From: Patescibacteria group bacterium
GTDB lineage: Bacteria > Patescibacteriota > Patescibacteriia > Patescibacteriales > UBA12465
Length of the DNA stretch: 64,000 bases
Direction of reading: 5' to 3'
Assembly: GCA_041658665.1 (NCBI GenBank)
Contig: JBAZZR010000002.1
Span: 73,147 to 137,146 of the forward strand
Part shown: positions 54,745 to 61,550 of the stretch, one piece after another
How positions within the stretch are numbered: position 1 is the first letter of the stretch
How the letters are laid out: the number at the start of each line of letters is the position of its first letter
Translations under genes and position numbers: made by a program
The notes under the pieces: model-generated
Database searches by the model: none
What the model was told of the DNA's origin: nothing
What the model saw: only the letters and a program-made list of their open reading frames with translations

Positions 54745-54865
54745 ACCCGCCCCTCCGCTTCGCTCCTGGGTATAAACTTCGACAACAATCTGGCAATATA
54801 ACAAAAAAGAAGGAATATTATTTCTTCTTTTTTGTGATGCTCGGAGCTTGGGATATAGCTGGAAC
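54745..54865 (-). repeat. Diverged third copy of the composite module (GC-rich segment, hairpin, cassette box)
   Basis: CCCCTCCGCTTCGCTCCTGGGTATAAACTTCGA (compare CCCCTACGCTCCGCTCCGGGGCATAAACTTCGA in the other two copies), a hairpin at 54801-54835 with an unrelated stem sequence, and box GCTCGGAGCTTGGGATATAGCTGGAAC at 54839-54865. Confidence 0.7.
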
Positions 54866-55456
54866 TTACTTATTAACTCTTTCTTTGATTTCTTTTATTA
54901 CGTCCGTCTTACCACTATCGTATTTGCTATAATTATCATGATACTTACTATATAAATCTTTCTTAACAGATATATACAAATTTCGATCTTCTTTATGAGT
55001 CCGCAAATAATCACGAAACTTTAGATCTTCTTCACTTTTGGGCTGTCCTTTTTGAAATACATGCACGCTAGTTAGTCTTCTGCCGTCACCCGTGTCCTCA
55101 GTAAAATATTCATCCCCCGTACCCACATATTCCGTTCCTCTGGGAGTAAACCCAAATTTAATTATTTCTTCGTATAGACTTTTAATTTTAAAAAAATCTC
55201 TAACTAAAATTAAAATATCTATCTGCGGTTTCGCGACCATTCCAGGAATAGAGGTGCTACCAATATGATGAATTTCTAAAAGTTCGTCACCAAAAACAGA
55301 CTTTAATACTTGAGCTTTCTTATTGAATTCTTCGACCCAATTCGGATCATATTCTTTTAATTCAAACTTACGATGAGGTTTCATAATGTTTAATACTAAA
55401 TGATCTGTCTCGGGCTCTCTTAAATTGACCGGGAGGATAGGATATAGTTGAAACAA
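54866..55456 (-). CDS. GrpB-family (UPF0157) protein
   Basis: IHHIGSTSIPGMVAKPQIDILI. Confidence 0.75.
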   Translation of the reverse strand: MFQLYPILPVNLREPETDHLVLNIMKPHRKFELKEYDPNWVEEFNKKAQVLKSVFGDELLEIHHIGSTSIPGMVAKPQIDILILVRDFFKIKSLYEEIIKFGFTPRGTEYVGTGDEYFTEDTGDGRRLTSVHVFQKGQPKSEEDLKFRDYLRTHKEDRNLYISVKKDLYSKYHDNYSKYDSGKTDVIKEIKERVNK

Positions 55457-55490
55457 CTATAAACAATAATTTTAATTAATTATACTTATA

Positions 55491-55787
55491 TTAATTAAAT
55501 TTCTTTTTCTCCCAGGACCTCTCTATATAAACTTTCTGCCAACAAAAGCGTCCTATAAAAAAACCACCAGTTGCCCCAAGTGCCCACAGCGCGACCTGAA
55601 GCACCGGCGGCAAGGCACAACCGCCATAAAATGGCACCACTCGACCTTGATTTAAAACCCATTGTAAATAATTTATTTCAATCAAAGCGTGCCCGATGAG
55701 ACTTAATAAAAGACCTAAAATTATAAAAGCAAATAAATAAACTACCTTTTTTAATCTAGTTGGTTTGCCTGGGACATTAAAAATCAT
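55491..55787 (-). CDS. Small membrane protein
   Basis: 98 aa with two TM helices. Confidence 0.45.
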   Translation of the reverse strand: MIFNVPGKPTRLKKVVYLFAFIILGLLLSLIGHALIEINYLQWVLNQGRVVPFYGGCALPPVLQVALWALGATGGFFIGRFCWQKVYIERSWEKKKFN

Positions 55788-55788
55788 A

Positions 55789-55914
55789 TTATTTCTTTTT
55801 ATTCAACTTTTTGGGCAATTTCTTGCCCTTAGGAGTTTCGGCCGCCCATCTTTTTGCCATTTTCGGTTTGTTGGCGAACATCCATTTACGCTGGGCAATG
55901 CTTTTAAACGGCAT
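55789..55914 (-). CDS. Small basic protein (41 aa), below the ORF-track cutoff
   Basis: My translation: MPFKSIAQRKWMFANKPKMAKRWAAETPKGKKLPKKLNKKK. Its stop is 1 nt before the next ATG. Confidence 0.4.
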   Translation of the reverse strand: MPFKSIAQRKWMFANKPKMAKRWAAETPKGKKLPKKLNKKK

Positions 55915-55924
55915 AACTTATTAA

Positions 55925-56167
55925 TTAATGGCTAATTAACTTTATTTTCTGATCTCTCGGCAATTTTTTTATTTTGTTTTCCGCCTTTAGGGCTAAGGAC
56001 CGATTGCGACATTTCTTTATATAAACTAGCTTGACTGGCCGGCGCGAGCGAGTGTACTTCGCGCCGAGTCGAGAGGAATTATGCTCCTTCACTCTTCGCT
56101 CCAAATCAACCGTGATACCGGTGTATAATGTCTTATCGGCACATTTCAAGATATATAGATAATACAT
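55925..56167 (-). CDS. GIY-YIG nuclease-family small protein (UPF0213-like)
   Basis: YYLYILKCADKTLYTGITVDLERRVKEHN. Confidence 0.8.
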   Translation of the reverse strand: MYYLYILKCADKTLYTGITVDLERRVKEHNSSRLGAKYTRSRRPVKLVYIKKCRNRSLALKAENKIKKLPRDQKIKLISH

Positions 56168-56168
56168 A

Positions 56169-56194
56169 GCTGGAGTTTAGGATAAGGTTGGAAC
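56169..56194 (-). repeat. Cassette box (tRNA-3'-end-like)
   Basis: Plus-strand GCTGGAGTTTAGGATAAGGTTGGAAC. It abuts the GNAT stop (56195) on one side and the GIY-YIG ATG (56167) on the other. Confidence 0.7.
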
Positions 56195-56635
56195 TTATTT
56201 TTTTACCAACATCAGTCTTGGCTCACCATCACCGAAATAGTTATCTTTCCAAGATTCAATAAAAAAGCCTAGCGGCAGATATAAACAAAGGGCTGGATTA
56301 TTATTAGGATGCACTAATAATTCAATGCGAGAATATTTAGATACTCTTTTTAAAACAATATTAACTGCCCGCTTTGCAACACCTTCACGTCTAAATTTTT
56401 TCCTGACTACCAAACCGTCTAAATAAACGACATTTTTCTTTACTATTTTATAAGCGATTAAGCCAAGAACAATATTTTGTCTTTTTATTAAAAAAACAAA
56501 TTCCTTATTGATAAAATTTTTCAATTCTACGTCATTAATCAAGGCGGAATATGTTTTTGATTGAGCTTCCTTCTCGATATCGGCTATCTCCTTTAAATCC
56601 CTCCACGTCGCTTTTTTCAATAAAACTTTATTCAT
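56195..56635 (-). CDS. GNAT N-acetyltransferase
   Basis: LVVRKKFRREGVAKRAV. Confidence 0.75.
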   Translation of the reverse strand: MNKVLLKKATWRDLKEIADIEKEAQSKTYSALINDVELKNFINKEFVFLIKRQNIVLGLIAYKIVKKNVVYLDGLVVRKKFRREGVAKRAVNIVLKRVSKYSRIELLVHPNNNPALCLYLPLGFFIESWKDNYFGDGEPRLMLVKK

Positions 56636-56655
56636 ATTTTATTGTTTATACAATA

Positions 56656-56684
56656 AAAATAGCATTTTCATGCTATTTTGTAAA
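56656..56684 (-). promoter_or_regulatory. Cassette promoter/terminator hairpin module
   Basis: On the minus strand: TTTACA, then the hairpin AAAATAGCAT-gaaa-ATGCTATTTT with a T-run. Confidence 0.5.
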
Positions 56685-56688
56685 CATT

Positions 56689-56715
56689 GCTGGGAGAATG
56701 GAGTGTAGTTGGAAC
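56689..56715 (-). repeat. Cassette box (tRNA-3'-end-like)
   Basis: Plus-strand GCTGGGAGAATGGAGTGTAGTTGGAAC, 44 nt after the NUDIX stop. Confidence 0.7.
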
Positions 56716-56759
56716 GCTAATTAATCTTTAGATATTTATTTAATACCACTAAATATAAA

Positions 56760-57215
56760 TTATATTACTTGCAGATGCTGTAAAATTTCGACAACCGAGC
56801 CACCACATTGCTTTTTGTCTAACGTTACTAATTCAACCCATCGCGGTTGTTTGGTGCCATCATCAACAATGTTGTCTAAATCAATAGATAACGGCTTACA
56901 CAAATAAAAAAAGGCAAAATTATGATAAGCCTTGTCCCAGTGATCATAATAAATAAACTGCTCTTTAAAATTAATAAACTTTCCTACCTCGATTTTTAGG
57001 CCCGTTTCCTCTTCTGACTCCCTCTTTAATGTGGCCTCAATTGTTTCGCCTAACTTGATGCCGCCACCAGGGAAATAATATTTATTGTTAGACTCGGCGG
57101 TAACTAAGAGGACTTTACCATCATTTATTATAACCGCATACGCGCCTGGTCTAAAAGATAATTCTTCCACGGGGACCATTTTCTTGTAACCATTAATAGA
57201 AGTACATTCAATCAT
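56760..57215 (-). CDS. NUDIX hydrolase
   Basis: Nudix box GGGIKLGETIEATLKRESEEETGL. Confidence 0.85.
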   Translation of the reverse strand: MIECTSINGYKKMVPVEELSFRPGAYAVIINDGKVLLVTAESNNKYYFPGGGIKLGETIEATLKRESEEETGLKIEVGKFINFKEQFIYYDHWDKAYHNFAFFYLCKPLSIDLDNIVDDGTKQPRWVELVTLDKKQCGGSVVEILQHLQVI

Positions 57216-57231
57216 ATATTTCGATAAACTT

Positions 57232-57270
57232 TATATATCAAAAATAGCACCAAAAGTGCTATTTAGTCAA
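57232..57270 (-). promoter_or_regulatory. Cassette promoter/terminator hairpin module
   Basis: TATATATCAAAAATAGCACCAAAAGTGCTATTTAGTCAA, 38/39 identical to 59116-59154. On the minus strand: TTGACT, then the hairpin AAATAGCAC-ttttg-GTGCTATTT with a T-run. Confidence 0.55.
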
Positions 57271-57272
57271 AA

Positions 57273-57299
57273 GCTGGGAGTTTGGAATATAGTTGGAAC
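57273..57299 (-). repeat. Cassette box (tRNA-3'-end-like)
   Basis: Plus-strand GCTGGGAGTTTGGAATATAGTTGGAAC, 12 nt after the PfkB-kinase stop. Confidence 0.7.
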
Positions 57300-57311
57300 T
57301 AAAATATCTAA

Positions 57312-58196
57312 TTAAAGAGACAATTGAGATTCCAGTCTAGCCAAAACATTTTTAACACTACTTCTAAAAGCCCCTTTTTCCTCTAAAGACATCGTGGCAA
57401 CCATGGCCGCAAATCTTCCCCGATCAACCGGATCATCAAACAATTCTAAGGCTCTGATAAAAGCTGCCAAATAAGTATCCCCCGCGCCAGTCGGATCCAC
57501 TATTTTATCCGGTAAAAAGGCCGGAATTTTATAGTAGTTGTTCTCTAAAAAAAGATGCGAACCTTTTGAGCCCTCAGTAATAATCATATCGATTAGACCG
57601 TGAGCTTGAAGATATCTTGCCGCATCATTTACATTATTTTCCCCTGAGACAAATTCAGCCTCGCCCTTGTCTAAAAATAAATATTTTAAGAATGGCAGAA
57701 CTTCAATCAAATTTTCCGGGTTCTTTCGGACAAATTTGCCACTTTCTCCGTAGGTAAACATTCCGAAATTACCTAAAACTAAATTCTTATGTTTTAATTT
57801 AATAAATAATTCACGGGAAATATCATCATGAAATAAAGGACCAAAAATTATATAATCGAATTCTTCTAATTCTTTCAGTAACCTATCATTTGGTTCGATT
57901 GTATTGGGATAGCTCTTTATTATGTCTTTTCTAATATCAGGATTATCGGATGAATATTCTAAATCAGACTCTAGAGTTTTTTCAGCTGGTAGACACTCAA
58001 TGTCTATATCGGAAAAATTTTCTTTTACCCAGGCCGTATCTTCTGAGCCGCAAGTAACATAGGGTTTAACTTTTTCAACACCCAAAGATTTTAGAGCAAC
58101 TGCCACATAATAAGGGATGCCGCCAATTTGCATCGACAAATTATTATCTATTTTGATACAATCTTTGGCTACTGGCCCCAAGACGGCAATCTTCAT
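57312..58196 (-). CDS. PfkB-family carbohydrate/nucleoside kinase
   Basis: DPTGAGDTYLAAF, the PfkB signature 2 with its catalytic Asp, in a 294-aa protein. Confidence 0.8.
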   Translation of the reverse strand: MKIAVLGPVAKDCIKIDNNLSMQIGGIPYYVAVALKSLGVEKVKPYVTCGSEDTAWVKENFSDIDIECLPAEKTLESDLEYSSDNPDIRKDIIKSYPNTIEPNDRLLKELEEFDYIIFGPLFHDDISRELFIKLKHKNLVLGNFGMFTYGESGKFVRKNPENLIEVLPFLKYLFLDKGEAEFVSGENNVNDAARYLQAHGLIDMIITEGSKGSHLFLENNYYKIPAFLPDKIVDPTGAGDTYLAAFIRALELFDDPVDRGRFAAMVATMSLEEKGAFRSSVKNVLARLESQLSL

Positions 58197-58197
58197 A

Positions 58198-59106
58198 TTA
58201 ACTATTTATTTCTTTAGTTTGCCCTTTGGCAGTGACTGATATGTTGCTAGTCTCTTTATCGTCACTATCTGCAATTTTAAAGGCTATGTTTTCACAGTTT
58301 TTCATTGATTCACCAAAATTTTCATTTAAAAAATAAAGAAAGGAATTTTCATGACTAAAAGCTAAAACTTTAATGTTTTTTTCCGGCTGCCGCTGATTAA
58401 TTTTTTCTTGGCCGAATCGTACTAACCGCAACAAATTTTTAAACTTTGACTCATATACTTCCTTGGCGGATTTTACATTAGGAAATATTTTTTGAATTTC
58501 TTCGGAATGAGCAGCATAATTTTCGCCCCAAGTTTTTTGATTATCTTCTTCAATTATCTTTCGGGCAGCTGTCCATTTTTCTTTAGTTTCAGTTGAAACT
58601 TTGTCTAAATTTTCAATTTCTTTTAAATAATCTTTAGGTTGAAAAATTTGTTCCCTAAGCATATTTTCCAAATGATCTAATGACAGGCAGTCTATTTTTC
58701 TAATATACCCTTCACCAATCTCTTCGGCCTTATTTTTTGATTCAGGCGACTTCTCTTTTTTTGCTGAAATAATAACCTCAAAGCCATTTTCTCTGGCGAT
58801 ATCTAAATATATTTTAGCAGTTTCAGCGGCGCGAACTAAATCACTAGAAACAAAAAACAAAGCATCGGTCCCCGGGTTAAGTTTAGCAAAAAATTCCTGT
58901 GCCTTTTCTTGCGCAAGTTTTATCCCTTCAGATGTTAGATCAGAATTAAACCATTGCTTATCTGCACTCGGAGCAGCCTCGGGGTTGTCAGATTTTATTA
59001 TCCCTTCATTTAACTTATATTCAGATATACTATGTCTAATAACAAAAAATTCATCGTCTTTTTTTCGTTTCTGACTATTATCAATTTTCTCAAAATTATT
59101 ATTCAT
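58198..59106 (-). CDS. Histidine phosphatase superfamily (phosphoglycerate-mutase-like) protein
   Basis: FFVIRHSISEY (RHG-type motif), a later ...SDLVRAAETA, and AFSHENSF (second His). Confidence 0.65.
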   Translation of the reverse strand: MNNNFEKIDNSQKRKKDDEFFVIRHSISEYKLNEGIIKSDNPEAAPSADKQWFNSDLTSEGIKLAQEKAQEFFAKLNPGTDALFFVSSDLVRAAETAKIYLDIARENGFEVIISAKKEKSPESKNKAEEIGEGYIRKIDCLSLDHLENMLREQIFQPKDYLKEIENLDKVSTETKEKWTAARKIIEEDNQKTWGENYAAHSEEIQKIFPNVKSAKEVYESKFKNLLRLVRFGQEKINQRQPEKNIKVLAFSHENSFLYFLNENFGESMKNCENIAFKIADSDDKETSNISVTAKGQTKEINS

Positions 59107-59115
59107 ATAATTATT

Positions 59116-59154
59116 TATATATCAAAAATAGCACCAAAAGTACTATTTAGTCAA
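59116..59154 (-). promoter_or_regulatory. Cassette promoter/terminator hairpin module
   Basis: TATATATCAAAAATAGCACCAAAAGTACTATTTAGTCAA, a near-identical copy of 57232-57270. Confidence 0.55.
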
Positions 59155-59157
59155 TTC

Positions 59158-59294
59158 GCTGCGGGACTTGGATTTACCCCTACGCTCCGCTCCGGGGCAT
59201 AAACTTCGAATCCCAACGCCTACGGCGTTAAACAAAACACAGACATAAATGTCTGTGTTTTGTTTAAGCTGAGAGGATGGGATATAGTTGGAAC
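59158..59294 (-). repeat. Composite module, copy 1 (tRNA-3'-like 17-mer, 93-bp module, cassette box)
   Basis: 59158-59271 matches 61424-61537 at 112/114 positions, with 103 consecutive identical bases at 59169-59271. It ends in box GCTGAGAGGATGGGATATAGTTGGAAC (59268-59294). Confidence 0.9.
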
Positions 59295-59324
59295 GGCTTT
59301 ATTGAATAACTCTTTCAAATCTAT

Positions 59325-61370
59325 CTAATATTCCTCTCTTTTTAATTTTTCTAATTCCGAAAATCTTTGCTTCATTGTTTTTGTCTCCAAGGAGATAATC
59401 TCACCAGCCAACTGATTGACCAATTCTGGATCATACTCATATTTTATCCAACCATACTTTATTGCTTGCCTCTTAAATGGTACTAAAATTTCTTTTGTAA
59501 TATCTACTAAATCAAACATCCATTTCATCCTGGTAGGGGTTTCATGATATTGAGTTAATAACGTCACCTTAACATGCTCTATCAATTTAACAATTATCTC
59601 CACCGTTGAGTCAATGCCTCCCGATTTCCACAATAATTCATTAATTTTTAATTTTTCTTTTTTTGTCAGTTTTTTCCTTAAACATCTTATTAAAAATTCT
59701 TTTTCTTTCTTAACCAAATAGGGGGAATATAAAGCGATGATATATTCTGTATGTATTTTTCCATCTTCTATATCAGAATGCGACTGACCCTTCATCCCTT
59801 TATTTAATTTAGAGTAATCTTCCATCATAATATAATCCCCCAAATCATTCCTAATCATCTGGATAATACCATAATACATCCCTATCGCTGGTGATATGAT
59901 ATCCACCTGTTTAGCGTTCATGATCTGATCTTCTTTGTTCCCTAATTGAGCCGCCAATCTACCAACCGCTTCGTAAAATCCGCCACAAATGCCATAGATT
60001 CTTTGGATATAAATAGTATATAATTCGTGAACATCCTTTTTATAAATCAACTCCTTTTTAGTTTCGGAATCAAAAGTTAGCAGTAAATCCAAAACCTGTC
60101 CTTCATACATGGTGTGATTATAGTCGTTTATTGTGGTGGCTATCCGCCGAGCAACGTCCTTATTCTCTGCGGCGATAATAAAGCTATATTTCAAAGCTAA
60201 TAAATGACCGATAATCCCTGTAAATATAGCATCTCGCCGGCTAAATTCATTCCAAACTGTATTTAAATTTTGTCTAACCCGAGAATTATCGAAGACATCA
60301 TCTAGAGCATAGGTGTTCATCCAATTATATAGTTCCACTAATGCTCCTACTTCACAAGGAAAGGATTCGGATTTTACGAAACGCTGCTCCCGAGTAAGGT
60401 GGTGCGTCACTAAATCATAAAGTTCAAAAAATAACTCCGCTCGAGTCTTTTTCACCCCCTGTTTCCTATTCTCTACTTTTTTAAAGGGCGGCAAGATAGA
60501 GTGTTGTAAACAATCTAAAATATGATCCCTAGAACTTCCCCACTCGATCACAACAGCGCTAATGGCGGAATCTATCTTGTCCTCTGCAATATTATTTTTA
60601 AAATATTCTGAAATTTTCCTCTCAATAGCACATACTAGCAGGGAATCTTCATCACAATCAAACTCTAAACTTTGCAAATTTTTTAGTTCTTTGGCTATAA
60701 CAATATTTGGTTTTACTGTGTTAAAAATGGTTATATCCAAATTTTTCCTACTAAACACACCCCTGGCCAATGCATCGACGTGATAATTTATAATTCCCGT
60801 GCGAGAATAAATAGAACGATAATAATTTTTTAGATATTCAATGATCTTGTTCTCCATCTGCCCCTTATCTTGGGCATACAATAAAGTCGCATGAACAAAT
60901 TTAGGGTGATCTTTTACCACATCGGCCACTTCTTTGTCTGTTGTTAATATGGCATTAATACTGAAGCTGACCATCCACTGAGCGGCATAATAGTCTACAT
61001 GCTCTTTATCTTCAATCAACATAATGACCGGCTTGCCCTTAGCGATAGCATAACCACACTCCCAAGTGCTATCCGTCCCCACAGGAGAACCATCCAGCGA
61101 ATCATATTTCTTCATATACACGAGGAGTGCATCAGCGTGATTAATCTCATTTAAATCATAACAAGCTATTCCTATCGGGATAAACCTATGATCATCCGGG
61201 TTATCAAGAACCCCAGGTTCAAACAATTTAATTTTTTTATTAAAAAAATTTGAATATTGAGAATTAAAAAACTTCTTCCATAGAGTTATGCCACTAGCGA
61301 GATAAAGCCGGTACTCAAATTTCTTATCTATCTTCCCCATATGAATATATTTATGACTTAAAAATACCAT
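59325..61370 (-). CDS. Fusion protein: nucleoside 2-deoxyribosyltransferase-like N-domain plus polyprenyl-synthase-like C-domain
   Basis: N-terminus YLASG...ADALLVYM...DGSPVGTDSTWECGYAIAKGKPVIML follows the NDT-family pattern. C-terminus YALDDVFDNSRVRQNLNTVWNEF....AIFTGIIG follows the first Asp-rich motif context (compare DDxxDxSxxRRGxPT), and YGIIQMIRNDLGDY follows the second (compare FQxxDDxxD). Confidence 0.6.
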   Translation of the reverse strand: MVFLSHKYIHMGKIDKKFEYRLYLASGITLWKKFFNSQYSNFFNKKIKLFEPGVLDNPDDHRFIPIGIACYDLNEINHADALLVYMKKYDSLDGSPVGTDSTWECGYAIAKGKPVIMLIEDKEHVDYYAAQWMVSFSINAILTTDKEVADVVKDHPKFVHATLLYAQDKGQMENKIIEYLKNYYRSIYSRTGIINYHVDALARGVFSRKNLDITIFNTVKPNIVIAKELKNLQSLEFDCDEDSLLVCAIERKISEYFKNNIAEDKIDSAISAVVIEWGSSRDHILDCLQHSILPPFKKVENRKQGVKKTRAELFFELYDLVTHHLTREQRFVKSESFPCEVGALVELYNWMNTYALDDVFDNSRVRQNLNTVWNEFSRRDAIFTGIIGHLLALKYSFIIAAENKDVARRIATTINDYNHTMYEGQVLDLLLTFDSETKKELIYKKDVHELYTIYIQRIYGICGGFYEAVGRLAAQLGNKEDQIMNAKQVDIISPAIGMYYGIIQMIRNDLGDYIMMEDYSKLNKGMKGQSHSDIEDGKIHTEYIIALYSPYLVKKEKEFLIRCLRKKLTKKEKLKINELLWKSGGIDSTVEIIVKLIEHVKVTLLTQYHETPTRMKWMFDLVDITKEILVPFKRQAIKYGWIKYEYDPELVNQLAGEIISLETKTMKQRFSELEKLKREEY

Positions 61371-61423
61371 AAAATCAGTAAGAAATCAAAAAAATAAGAC
61401 AAAATGCCTTATTTATATAGGGT

Positions 61424-61550
61424 GCTGCGAGACCTGGATTTACCCCTACGCTCCGCTCCGGGGCATAAACTTCGAATCCCAACGCCTACGGCGTTAAACA
61501 AAACACAGACATAAATGTCTGTGTTTTGTTTAAGCTGCGAGACCTGGATT
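61424..61550 (-). repeat. Composite module, copy 2, directly abutting tRNA-Gln
   Basis: GCTGCGAGACCTGGATT at 61424-61440 is an exact 17-nt copy of the tRNA 3' end at 61534-61550. The 93 bp between them is identical to the copy at 59176-59268. Confidence 0.9.

Noticed and set aside
57273-57299. Box as a Xer/dif-like site (as in pdif modules)
   Set aside because: dif-type sites have two inverted 11-bp arms around a 6-bp spacer. The box instead has direct TYCCA half-sites and no inverted-arm symmetry.
59176-59268. 93-bp module as a second tRNA gene or pseudo-tRNA (it contains CTTCGAATCCC / GGGATTCGAAG)
   Set aside because: I could not fold a cloverleaf on either strand. There is no acceptor 5' strand and no D or anticodon arm, and the bases flanking TTCGAA are not complementary. 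It fits better as a T-arm/acceptor fragment within an att-like module.
54839-59294. Could the five 26-27-nt boxes be a CRISPR array?
   Set aside because: The spacing is 0.5-2 kb and each interval contains complete genes with promoters. The repeats are only ~70-85 percent identical, have no palindromic core, and no cas genes are present.
54745-61550. Classical integron (attC-bounded cassettes)?
   Set aside because: The units have no inverse-core/core pair (RYYYAAC...GTTRRRY) at their ends and no imperfect-palindrome attC structure. Cassettes carry their own promoters. No intI or attI is in the window. Only the general logic is integron-like.
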